Below, one piece after another: positions 1 to 12,840 of a stretch of DNA of 38,725 nt. A program made the position numbers and the translations under genes. The notes beneath the pieces are model-generated. The model was not told where the DNA came from, did no database searches, and was given only the letters and a program-made list of their open reading frames with translations. Every line of letters begins with the position of its first letter. The stretch's first letter is position 1. The DNA comes from Nemertoderma westbladi (lineage: Eukaryota; Animalia; Xenacoelomorpha). The stretch is from contig JAUCBJ010005926.1 of the NCBI GenBank assembly GCA_032718475.1, forward strand, positions 1 through 38,725, given 5' to 3'.

Positions 1-857
1 TTGTATCGCGAGTTTAATCATTTATCTCGCGAGATTAAATTTTTTCGCGAGTTGAATAATTTTCTCGCGTTTTTAATCTTTTATCAGGAATATGAAGGGG
101 AATTTAAAAGTCGAATAAAAGTATGCCAAATTAATGTCATATACATTATTAATAAATTAATAGGCAGCCATAACCCTATTTTCCTTGCGGAAACTACCGG
201 GAAGGGGGGGGGGGGGGGGGGGGTGGTATTTTGACCTCTCCACACCCCCACCCCCTCATTTTCGAATTTTGGTGCCATTTATAATTACATCCGACTTTTT
301 CCAGTGGAAACTATGGCAAGTACTGAACTATGGCAACGAAAAATACAAGTAGTAACATGTTTTAAAAAATCGATGGTTACATTTACCAACGGCTTAAATT
401 TTGGTAAGGCCCCATATCGGGATGGTACTGCACGAAAATTACAAGTAGATCTTTTGGCTAATCACGTGGGACCGAAAAGTAACCCTTCGCATGTCTGAGT
501 GACCCGACCCTACAACATGTTTTATCGTATTCAGCGCCCCAGAAAACCCATATAAACCAAAATTAGAACATTACAATTAATACATTACATAACATCTGTA
601 TTATCTAGAGAAGAAATGTAAATTTTACAGCAATCAATTAATTGTTTTAATTATATTGATAATGAAACTTGAAATTCGCGGCTTCATGATTAATTTTGTT
701 AGGTACACAATCTTTGTCTACTTTGATGTCCGATCAATCGTAATTATTCAAATTGCGATATTATTCCAATTTACATATTATAATAATATTAATAATTATT
801 TTTTAGAAACACCAATGAATGATAAATATTTGAAATAGAAGCTTAAAGAGTAATCAC

Positions 858-1088
858 TACGAATTATATTTATTCATTTATCAAGCACGTTAAGTAAAAA
901 ACCTTACCGGTAGGTGTGTTAGTACCAAAGTATGTAAAAATGTACAAAGCAACAGGACAGACGTTTCATGCAATCAGTGATCAGCTAGGTCTTGTGGCTT
1001 TTTAGTTTTTTTTTACATACTTTGGTACTAACACACCTACCGGTAAGGTTTTTTACTTAACGTGCTTGATAAATAAATATAATTCGTA
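858..1088. repeat. Inverted repeat / MITE-like foldback with about 80-bp arms
   Basis: 858-940 (tacgaattatatt...accttaccggtaggtgtgttagtaccaaagtatgtaaaaa) is the near-perfect reverse complement of about 1010-1088, with a spacer of about 70 bp. Confidence 0.8.
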
Positions 1089-1138
1089 ATGATAAATATA
1101 TTTCAAAGTTAAATAAATATAGTACAATAAGTACTTAC

Positions 1139-1926
1139 CCCTAGGGAATTGGAATCGACATTGGGAACCAGAAGTGATCGCAGATTTCTTGGTGCAAGAA
1201 GCGCGATGCCGCCAATCATGTAGATTAACACGTTGAGCAATAATGCTCGATATAATCTGAGACGCCATAGTCCCACTTTCAGTGGGGCGACACTGTTGTG
1301 GAGGAGTAGAATTGTTTAGAATCACCTGAACCTCTCCGTCAGTTAGTTGGATTGATTCTTCAACAGAATGACGTGCAATGGCAATAGATAGCAGTTCGGA
1401 CGCAGTAAACTTGTTGCCGCAAACGGTACAGGAAGCGACAACTGGTTCAGATGAATTACCAAACGACCGTTTACTCGCCGATACAGGTATTGCCACAGGT
1501 TCAAGAGAAACCGCGCAATTGTGACACTTCGATGTATCGATTGGAATGGATGTCTTTATAACAGTGTCGGCGAACTCAATTAACTTTCCCTTAGAATCTG
1601 AATCCAGATCTTTAAACTGTTGCGAAGTGGCTGGGAAACCGTGAATCCAGATAAGGGAATGTAGATGTAAGGCGCCACGGCCTGCAGTTTCGGGAACAGC
1701 AAAGAAAGCCTTCGTATGGCCGAAAAGGCCACGTTCATTCCCGCTCTCGTTAGCCGAGTTCCATCCGAGAACATTGCGAATGAAGTGGGTGACCAAGCGA
1801 TCGAAATACTTTGCCGCCGCGTGTGGGTTCTTACCGAGCGCTGCAAACCGATCCGCGGGTGTTGGGAAGTCATCCGTATCGTTGAACTGAACAGATATAT
1901 CCTTCCCATTAGACGCCTCTGCATAT
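1139..1926 (-). CDS. RepHel exon 5: HUH Rep endonuclease motif 2 and Cys/His motifs
   Basis: Acceptor cttttcag ends at 1927 (phase 2); donor GTAAGT at 1138. Contains NPHAAAKYFDR, GLFGHTKAFFAVPETAGRGALHLHSLIW, CHNC...CTVC and HDWRHRASCTKKS...CRFQFPR. Confidence 0.88.
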
Positions 1927-2787
1927 CTGAAAAGTAAAATACAAATATAAAAATTATTAGTTATTAATAATAATATAATAATAATAATAATAGTATTAGA
2001 TATTTAATATAGAATAGCGCTTATTAAATAACCCACTCATAACGGATTGACACCAAAAAGTGATCAGGGAGCGCGTGAAACACGATAGTAAAGTAGGCTA
2101 ATTGGTACAAATGTGTATCACGGAGGGAGGGGGGGGGGGGGGGGGGGGGTTGTTGTTTCGCAAATTGAAATTGCTGCAAAGTAAATCTGCCAAACGTTAC
2201 CTGATGCATCTCCAGATTTGTTGGCTACGGTAATATAGCCGAGACTGAAATGTAAAGAGTTTTAGAGGCTAGAAAAATAATTATTTTATGCTTATCAATT
2301 TAATTGATCAATATAATATTTTGAAACATTCCGTTAACTTTTATTTAACAAAACTTAATTAATATACAAGTTTTTCATCACCATTCCATTAGTCATTCTG
2401 TAAAAATATCGTCACAATGTATGCAGGCGCAGTGGTTCAACAGTTACTCATACACAAAGTTCTATATGGCGCCACCTTTCGCCAAACCATGAAATACATG
2501 ACGCCAGAAACTTATTAATTTAATGAAATGAAAATTTTTATCCACTATATCAAATTTCAAAGAAATCCGACCGAGATACCGGTATTGGCGTCCAATCATT
2601 GAGTCAGACAGACAGACAAACGGACAACGCCGACAACTGTATGCTAATGCAATGCTCATTTACTTTGTGGTTCGCCCCACATTTTAGGAATAAATTCACA
2701 CTATGTCCTGGTTTATAGTGTCTCGTCTCCGTAATCCAGGTACACCACCCCCCAACTACCCCAGCCTTTAATTAAATATAAACTAAC

Positions 2788-3368
2788 CTGAAAACCGCAA
2801 GGGATCCCATTTCGTTAGGAGCAACGGTGAGGAACAGATGTGGGTTACCAAACTTAGTTATCAGGTTGTATAACTTTCTCCGCTCCTGAGTTCGTTGCTC
2901 ATCGGATCCCCATTTAGTTCCCGAGACTATCTTCACGTGAGTCATCAACGATCGCGCGTTCCCTGAGTTATTAACGGTTTCATTACGCGACTTATCGAGG
3001 AATTCTTTGAGTTCATCGCGTGTAACCGAGTTAATATTCGCACAAACGCCAGGGAATTTCCGCAACCGTAAAGACGTATTACTCAGTGCCTGTTCGCGGG
3101 ACAGAATGTCAAAAACCCGGAGGACAGATTCCGAATCGCTAAACTGTTGGGTCGATAACCGGAGTAGATGACGAAATCCTTCGACATTCCCAACGCCTGC
3201 GATGTCCCCCGGGTCGCCATAACCGAAGGGAAACTGCTTGGCGAACATTAGCATCCGAGTCTCTGAGTTCCAGTCCGACAGTAAATGTGAACTGCGCCGT
3301 AAGACAAGTTCATCGTCACATCCCCCCATTCGTTGTAACATCTGCGCTTGCGTTGCAGATTGCGTCAC
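2788..3368 (-). CDS. RepHel exon 4: Helitron_like_N region and Rep motif 1
   Basis: Acceptor tttgcag (phase 0) and donor GTTAGT at 2787 (phase 2). Contains FAKQFPFGYGDP and KWGSDEQRTQERRKLYNLITKFGNPHLFLTVAPN. Confidence 0.85.
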
Positions 3369-4073
3369 CTGCAAATATAATTAACCAAAAACATAATTAA
3401 AAAATAATAAAAAATTACTCATTACATTTCAATATACTTTGTAGCAAAAATCGTCGTATCAATTAATAAGCGACAGATTAGATCTGCAAAAATAAATATA
3501 TAATAAAGAGCAAATAGTTGTCCCATGATAAGTATGGGGACGTTCATAAAGTATGTCAAGCAAATTTCCCCGATTTTTGACACCCACCCCCCCCCCCCCC
3601 TCCCATCTCTGTCACAAAGTGTCACGCAAGCTCCTCCCCCATCTGTCACAATAGTAAATTTGTAATACACACCCCCGTGACAATAAAATATTTTATGTCA
3701 ATAATACACAATGCTTGAAGTCAAGTGTTCATCTATATATTAATAACAGGTACCTATTACAGAGTCGGAGTCAATGGATGCTATGTCCTCCCCAATAGTG
3801 GCGGGTGGCGTTAAATATTCATCAGCTGCGCCATATACGGCTCCATTATGTACTTTAAACAATGTTTTAGACGCGAAATAAATGTTGCAGACCTGGTCTT
3901 AACATTCTCGTTAGAACAGTACTGAGTATAATGATGGACAGTATGAATCGTAGGAATTGATTTATATTCAAAATAATTTTATGAAGCAGCTTTTTATATC
4001 TAGGAACTGTAACTGCCTGAATTATGAATATTGAAGGAAAGTTATGCATTTTTGTAATAAATGAATACCGGCT

Positions 4074-5460
<1,387 letters not shown>

Positions 5461-5619
5461 GAAAAAATAACTAAATTCGTCTGACATTTTAACCATGATA
5501 GACTCTGATATAAGTGAAATATTCCAATTTACATCCATATTAATAATTTATAGTAAAACAATAAACCAAATACACTAATTCAGCCCATCGATTATTACAA
5601 GTACCAACAAAACACCAAC

Positions 5620-7359
5620 CTGGTTAGAAGAGAATATAGAGGCGTCTGTACGTTCGACACCCTCCTCTAGGTCAGCGACGTTCACAATATCAGCGGGGCG
5701 AGTGTGAGACGACGTAGGTTCCCCCAGTTCCATTTCCGTTGTTTCATCGACGACAGAGCTGATCATCGAACTGGGGATGTCATCGGCGGGCAGTTCATCT
5801 AACCGCCCCTGAATGCGCTCCACATCGCCGTAGAGACGGTTATTGGCGAGTAGAAACGTAAGGAGCGCGTTTACTTTATCGCGTCGGATGGTGCAGCGTT
5901 TCATAGCCAGTAAACGTTGGACTGAAGTTAACGCTCCGGCTAGAATCACCCGAAACGCCGAAACGGAGTCCTGCAGAACTCGAGGTAGTTGAATTGCAGC
6001 CGGAGTGTCAGGTTGTCCCCAAACTAACACATGCGACTGCATCATCTTATTCGCGCCGCCTCTAACAACAACAGTCTTACAGGTCGGCGTCGCGCGAACA
6101 ACCAAATTCCACTCGGCGTCGGTTGCGTCAGCAACTGCCGCAGGAACTTTCCCCAACAAGAAACCATTTGCGATAGAGAGTTTTGGTGGTTTCTTAATAA
6201 CTGCGTTTTTGATCGAGTTCAAACAGGTCGAACAAATACGCAATCGCACTGAACCATCCTGATCAACCTTAAAACCCCTGGGAGACAACAATAAGTCCTT
6301 TAGACGGGAATCCAAGTAGTCGACCGAATAGAGGTTAATCAACGCAGCGGGATAATTGGTTGAGCTCCCGGGAGTGAGTTTCTTCTGGAATAAACCAATC
6401 ATCCGGTCGTACTCGCTATTGTCGTTACCGGTACGTACCATTTCATGGATCGATTCCAGGAATACGGACTCGTCGCAAACGCAACAGGTCCGCTGACCCA
6501 TTCCGTCGTCCCCCAAACTCCGAGTCATTTTGTCCCAAACTCGTGTTCTGTCCTCGAGAGTTGGAACAGTCACTGTAACTGGTGGAGGATCGGTGACGTT
6601 ACCTTCAGCAACGCGCCTCATCCGATCCGCTGCAACGGCCCTCCGATGGGGTTCGGGGTTGACGCGTTGGTGGAGCAAGGCGGCGCTCCGATGGGGTTCG
6701 GGGTTGACGCGTTGGTGGAGCAAGGCGGCGCTCCGATGGGGTTCGGGGTTGACGCGTTGGTGGAGCAAGGCGGCGCTCCGATGGGGTTCGGGGTTGACGC
6801 GTTGGTGCGCGCAAGGCGGCGCTCCGATGGGGTCTCCGGGTTATTACACGTCCGGTTGCGCGCCACATTCTCACGATGAGTCTCCGGGTTATTAATCCGG
6901 TATTCCGCTACTCTCGCACGATTAGCAGCACGCCGTCGCGATTCCGCCGTATACTGGGCGCGGACTCTGACACACGATATCTCGTACTGTGCGTTATCTT
7001 GCAGACTCCCAGGCACTCCTCTATAGAAACCGGCAACAAGTTCGTCAATAGTTGAGTAAATGGTTAGCGCAGCGACGCCCTCGGGCGAAGGTAAACCTTG
7101 GGCATCCCGCGCGTGGGAGTCGAACAGGAAGAACGAAGAGTCAGAGTCTCTACCGATCATCACCGTTATATCGAATGACGTTAGAATGGCGAGATCGGAA
7201 CGCAGGAAGGCTTGGGTAACTCCCTGCAGTAAGTTACCATATCCTGGGATAGGATTGGGCGCCCCAGCAATGAGATCCAAAACTGTGAACTCAGCCTCGA
7301 GATCCTTGGCAGTAAACGTCGCTGGAATATCGCGGTGTTGCAAAGCCAGTGGAGATTGT
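5620..7359 (-). CDS. RepHel exon 3: C76 Asp-His motif (FFLFDSHARD), 15-aa repeats, CCVCD/CSTC motifs and DUF6570-like domain; contains two +1 frameshifts near 6807-6832
   Basis: Acceptor ttttag ends at 7360 (phase 2 fits); donor GTTGGT at 5619 (phase 0). Combines ORFs 6618..7472 and 5575..6768. Motifs PPKLSIANG..LGKVP, LPR and IRRDKVNALLTFLLANNRLYGDV match DUF6570 by eye. Exon length is 2 nt over frame. Confidence 0.8.
6641..6832 (-). repeat. Coding 45-bp tandem repeat, about 4 copies (NPEPHRSAALLHQRV)
   Basis: Unit ctccgatggggttcggggttgacgcgttggtggagcaaggcggcg starts at 6641, 6686, 6731 and 6776 (the last is a 46-bp variant). Confidence 0.92.
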
Positions 7360-7694
7360 CTAAAAGTTAATAAGTCACAATAATAATAATAAAAAGATTT
7401 ATTAAAATTTGCAATATATGTTACCCTTACCGCCATGAGAATATACATGTTGTGGGGCCGGCCGCCTTGCATGTTAAGAGTTGTTTACCTTGATTCATTT
7501 TTTTACCACGACACAATTTTGGTGATATTTTTTGGACAAAAATGACCAAAAAACAACACACGTATCAAAGAAACGTCAAGAAACGCTGTCTACGGAAATA
7601 ATTTGATATTATTATTTTACGAAATTTAAAGTCAAAATTGTAATTTAGTAAATGTTTTTCCCGTTTGGGTTTGAAAAAGTCATTATAAAAAATA

Positions 7695-7755
7695 TGGCGG
7701 ATTCGAACTCGGTACTTCTGCTTAACAGTCATCACATCAACTAATTTAGCTACCG
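7695..7755 (-). repeat. Degenerate tRNA-like head (possible SINE or tRNA pseudogene fragment)
   Basis: Minus strand reads GGTAGCTAAATTAGTTG (A-box-like) ... GAGTTCGAATCC (B-box-like). No intact cloverleaf. Confidence 0.35.
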
Positions 7756-8265
7756 GTACATGGTCACATATTGTAGTGTTTTATTGACCAAAAACCACAG
7801 GTGCAAACTGCTCAAACAATTATTTAACAAACTGCCATACTAACAATGTAGTAATTAAAAATAAGGTTTCGCTCTTTGCAAACCCATATTTGACATCATT
7901 GCACTAGATACTGCTGAGTCTTTAGTTAGATACATCAATGCTCCTTTAATAAAGAATACGGTACATCACTTCCTCCAAGCATTGAATTACTTGTAACTTC
8001 CTACAACAGCCATGTTGCTTCTGGTTTATATTTACTTATTACATTATACTTACTTTCACACATTCACAGGGTAAAAAACCACAACATTTTTTCCAAATAT
8101 TTTTTAACCAGATCAACTTTGAGAGTTTATGTTAAGTGTATCAGAACTCCACACCGCAACGGATTTTTTGGGCTGATAAACATTGTGAAATATTATTGTG
8201 GGGAACAGAGAACCCAAAAGTGTTAATATTTCCTGAATGACTACAATAAGTAATAAAACACTCAC

Positions 8266-8422
8266 GAAAGTTGTTGATAAAGTTGATCTCCCCCAGTGAC
8301 AATATAATCAACTATCTCACTACTCCATATAACCGGGTTGGTTACAGCGGCCATTCCAGCAGCGAAAGCGGCAACGGCAGTGCATTGAACCCCACGAGAG
8401 GATTCCGGAAATCGTTCGTCAC
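8266..8422 (-). CDS. RepHel exon 2: catalytic Cys region of the peptidase C76/VTD-like domain
   Basis: Acceptor tttctcacag and donor GTGAGT at 8265 (phase 2). Translates GDERFPESSRGVQCTAVA...WSSEIVDYIVTGGDQLY. Confidence 0.8.
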
Positions 8423-9002
8423 CTGTGAGAAAATTATATTTTGGAGAAATTAACTTTTGTATAATACCGGATAGACTCAACTGCTTAATTCAGACACAAG
8501 TCCAAGGACATTGCGTTTGTGTACAGTAGTAACAGTACCGATATACTGATATAGGTACCAGTAGCCAGTAGGTATATTTTATATATTTAGATAATGTCAT
8601 TGTCACGCGCCATAAAATCAAAACAATACCGAAATAAACAAATGTAAATGCTATTTGTGTCGGTTGGTTGAATTGTTAGGTTTACAGACAGTTAATTTAA
8701 ATGAAAAAGTTTATTTAAAATTGTTTTTCACGGCTTTAAAATGCAATTGCTTTATTCCCGCCTTAAAACGCAACTGCGTAACTTGTCAGTCATTGCGAAA
8801 AACAAAATGTTTATAATATCTGAATAATGTCTGTATGTGTATAAGTACCGGTATTCATCTTGGTGCAATGCAGACTGTATAACACTGTAACAGAACGTGC
8901 GTATATTACATTACTTACACACAGTACGTACATTGCCTTCATATTGAAATTTAATTTTACTGTAATTAATTTTACTGTACGACGAGCAAATAATAAACTA
9001 AC

Positions 9003-9435
9003 CTTGGTGAAAGGTACCAGCGATACGAATAGCGGTGGTCGTGATGCTGGTACCGGGAGTGGATCGCCCCCTTCTGGGAACCATAGCGATCGAAGAACTT
9101 CCAGTGGCGGAACGGTTGGCGGTAGCAGGTAGAGGCCTGCCGTCTCCCGCCACTGGAATTGCGAAGCCGTCAAAACTGGTTGGCATAGCGACGCCCGGAC
9201 CCGCCACCGCGGCCCCGCCATTAGTAGCGGGAGCAGAAGCTTCTCCTACAGATGCAGTACCGGTGTATCCACCAGTGCTGCATCTCAACCTACCACTGTC
9301 TACACCGGACAGTTGAGAAACTTCGTCGACTCCCGCTACTCCGACGTCCCGCCGCGGCAGCGATGGAGAAGGTGGATCCGGAAGCTCCTTGCGAACGGCA
9401 TTGAAGTTAAACTTAGTCCGTTTTTTCGGGGGCAT
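9003..9435 (-). CDS. RepHel exon 1: NLS-like MPPKKRTK, low-complexity linker and start of the C76/VTD domain (IAGTFHQG)
   Basis: ATG at 9435-9433; donor GTTAGT at 9002 (phase 1). GTFHQG joins DERF of exon 2, giving the GxFHQGDxRF start typical of C76-like domains. Confidence 0.75.
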
Positions 9436-10001
9436 TATATATAAGGATGATAGGTAAGTAAAAATATATTGAAGTTGGTGTAACGTGTAACGGTAATGGT
9501 AAAGCAAATCTAACTAACTCCAGAACTCGCTGTCGAAAGCAATCAATAAAACCAAAAGCATAAACAGTTAGCAATAACAGAAATTAACACAAATAAGAGA
9601 TCACAGGATCAGCATATAGCTGTATACTGGTATAGGCCTATAGCATATACAGATATATACTGATATACCGAATCTGCGAATAGGTCTATCAGTCAGTCAG
9701 TACTCAGTATCAGCCTACAGCAGTACAGGCCTATAGCTGTATAGGTCAGTAGCTGTAGGTTACAAATGTACTAATACCTAGGTTACCGTACCGTAAGCTG
9801 GTACGGTAATTTACGCTAATAGCAGAATAGGGCACCCACAGTCAACTGGTCAATCAGCATGTACAAGTAGGACTACAGGACTACCGTACCGGTCTGCCGG
9901 TCAGTCGGTTCGGTAGCAGTAGCAGAGTCTGACAGCGGTACCGGTACATCCTGACATCAGTCCATACATACCTGCATACATAACTCTATACTGCTATAGG
10001 C

Positions 10002-11885
10002 TAGGGCTCGATCGGAGTTGGGATTTGGCCGGAGCCGGAGCAGGAGCCGGAGTTGGACAATTTGGCCGGAGCCGGAGCAGGAGTTTTTCAAAATTTAAAA
10101 AATTTAATTATTTATTTAAAAAAAAATAAAGTATGGTTATCGTTCGCCAATCGCTCATAATCAATCCTACTGTAGGTCTAATTAATTTCATAATTTATAG
10201 ATTTACGAATTTTCAATTTAAAATTTAAGCGACGGCCTGACGCTGACGGCTAAAAATTACCTACAGTACCTAACTCACTAACTGTCTAACCGTGGTAGAG
10301 GTGTGTACTGTAGCACTGTAGGTAGCCTACCGTACGCAGTACGTGTACCAGTACTGCAGTACAGTATGCTGACATGACAGCAGTAAATGGCAGCAGTGGT
10401 ACAGTCTGACAGTGTACAATCATAGCATTTACAATTTTTTACAGTAGGGCCTATCTGTAATAGTCTGCTAGTCAGCCAGCTTGCCAGTACCAGTACTGCA
10501 GTACAGTCAGTCAGTCATTGACTTTAAGTAAATAGTGCAGTATTATCAGATTATACTTGATATTGAAGCTGTACCCAGGTTGGAATTTATGTAGAGTTTG
10601 CTCAACATGTGTGGCGCGCATTTAGGATCATGGCGCGAAGGGACAGGGGCGTGTGGCGCGCATTTAGGATCCTGGCGTGAAGGAACAGGGGTGTGTGGCG
10701 CGCATTGAGGATCCTGGCGCGGAAATTGATGTCATGTAGGCCTACACTAGTACAGTAGCAAAATGCATTGGCATGGCAACATACAACTGTACAACATATC
10801 CACTATCCAGCCACTCTACTTCAAATTATATCGGTCTACCAGTCAGTAGAGTCTTATTTTAAAAAGAGTTAGGCCTAGGCCTTAAAATGTTTCGCTCGCT
10901 TCGCTCGCGTTTGTGTATTATGCCTGCCTATCTGCCTATGCGCTCTACTCTTATTCATCATTCTAATGACTAAACTATAATAGAATAGGCCTAGGGATAT
11001 TTGATTACATACAGTGATATTTTATTACAGTATTTTTTTATTAACCTATAGAAGTAGTTCCGTGCCTTCTGGCCTTGAACTGTTTTGCACTCCCACATTG
11101 TGGACAAACCGACAGATTGGGCATTGAAGGTACCGTATCCAATCCACGTTAATCATCATGGCCAATCAGGCCAAAGTTTTAATGTCTTTCAAAATATGAC
11201 TTGTTTGAAAGGTTTTTCAATTGTTCACACCAATCTGCCAATATAGCCTAAAACCACGATTCAGCAGATTTTCCGTGCTCGCTACACTCCGATGTAATTC
11301 ATAATCACATCTGTAGGTATAAATAGTCGGTTGACCCAAAAATGTTAAAATTTTATTGCTCGCTACGCTCGCGATTTAATCACATCTGTATTTAAAAACC
11401 TTTGGTTGAACTACTATCTCTATCTGAATTCTGAATAGGCCCTATTACAGTATTACTTCAGTACTTTACGCCTATTCATGTTTACGTTTCTGCAAAATTT
11501 TCTTGCTCGCAGGGCTCGCATTTTCATGTTAAAATACTGTAGGACAGTAGGAGTGGTACTGCAGTATAAACTGATAAATGATTACAATAATTGCAAAATT
11601 TAATGGTCAATCTTTCAATGATTGGCGCACATTGAATGTCATGGCTGGCGCGCTTTTCGTTTAACCAGAATCCGTGTGGCGCGCTTTTTGTCAATATTCC
11701 ATATAGGAGCTGTACTACAGTACTTATAGTCAGATAGTGTTAAATAATTGTTCAGATTAGAATATGCACGAAATATAATACTTTATTAAAAAATTAACTC
11801 CGGCAATATTTTTACCGGAGCCGGAGCAGGAGCCGGAGGTGCCAAAATGGCCGGAGCCGGAGGCCGGAGCTCCGATCGAGCCCTA
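10002..11885. mobile_element. Non-autonomous hAT-like DNA transposon carrying a nested insertion
   Basis: Perfect 16-bp TIRs TAGGGCTCGATCGGAG (10002-10017 and 11870-11885), 8-bp TSD CTATAGGC (9994-10001 and 11886-11893) and clustered subterminal GCCGGA motifs. No ORF. Confidence 0.9.
10575..11707 (+). mobile_element. Unclassified non-autonomous DNA element with 8-bp TSD, copy A (nested in the hAT-like element)
   Basis: TSD AGCTGTAC at 10567-10574 and 11708-11715. Ends are CCAGGTTGGAAT...ATTCCATATAGG with subterminal TGGCGCGC motifs. Homologous end to end with 12841-13971. Confidence 0.85.
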
Positions 11886-12019
11886 CTATAGGCTGATAGG
11901 CTAATACAGTTAATTAATAGGCCTAACCAACAAAATTCAGAATCAGCCATCAACAATCTGACTGTCAGACTTATGCAGTTATGGACTGTGGCATATGCAA
12001 TTACCAGATTACGGCTGTA

Positions 12020-12569
12020 TGGTACCGGACTGCCGGATTGAGTACCAGCACCTGAATGTTAACTAAATTAGGACAGAAAAACGTATGACACGTCACTTGC
12101 CACGTGTAAATATTTCAGCAGTAATCTGGGAATACAGAATACAGTAATATTTCTACAGTCAACTCTCAACTGTACAGTACACTATCAGACTATACTTATG
12201 TCTGTATGTAACTAAGAATCATCATCTGGACGGCAGTCCTTAACCTAATAATATTATATATTTAGTTCATGGCAGCCAGCATGGGGGAGAAGCTCAAGCT
12301 AAGCTTTGGTACCGGATTGCGTACCAGCAACTGAATGTTAACTAAATTAGGACAGGAAAACGTATGACGTCACTTGCCACGTGTAAATATTGCAGCAGTA
12401 ATCTCTGGGAATACAGAATACAGTAATATTTCTACAGTCAACTCTCAACTGCTGCAACTGTACAGTACACTATCAGACTATACTTATGTAACTAAGAATC
12501 ATCATCTGGACGGCAGTCCTTAACCTAATAATATCTTTAGTTCATGGCAGCCAGCATGGGGGGAGAAAC
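12020..12569 (+). repeat. Direct duplication of about 270 bp
   Basis: About 12020-12293 and 12307-12569 share tggtaccgga...gccagcatggggg and differ by small indels. Confidence 0.85.
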
Positions 12570-12840
12570 TATTAGCTTTTGCCATTCTAACCAATTTTAT
12601 CACTGTATCAAAGTAAAGTTAATAATAATTAGATCAGTTTATATTCTGATTTGAATGTCAATGACGCCGACGCCTCTCCATATTAGAGTATTAAGTACTA
12701 TTAACGTTGTATATTTTAAATACAATAATTATATTATTGGAACAGCGAGCGTACTGTATACAATAGTACCCGACACTCATCAGGAAAGGCACTGTGTTAA
12801 CTAAAATTCATTCAGCTGGAACACCATTACCATATCCACC

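Noticed and set aside
950-1000. Possible Penelope-type hammerhead ribozyme in the hairpin spacer (CTGATCA...GAAACGTC on the minus strand)
   Set aside because: The core deviates from CUGANGA and stem II cannot be formed convincingly.
2201-2244. Candidate 44-nt minus-strand exon (tttcag...GTAACG)
   Set aside because: Including it breaks the frame; 2788 splices directly to 1926 in phase 2.
3753-3892. Short open minus-strand stretch in RepHel intron 3
   Set aside because: Weak acceptor, a phase-1 end incompatible with the phase-0 acceptor at 3368, and no recognisable motif.
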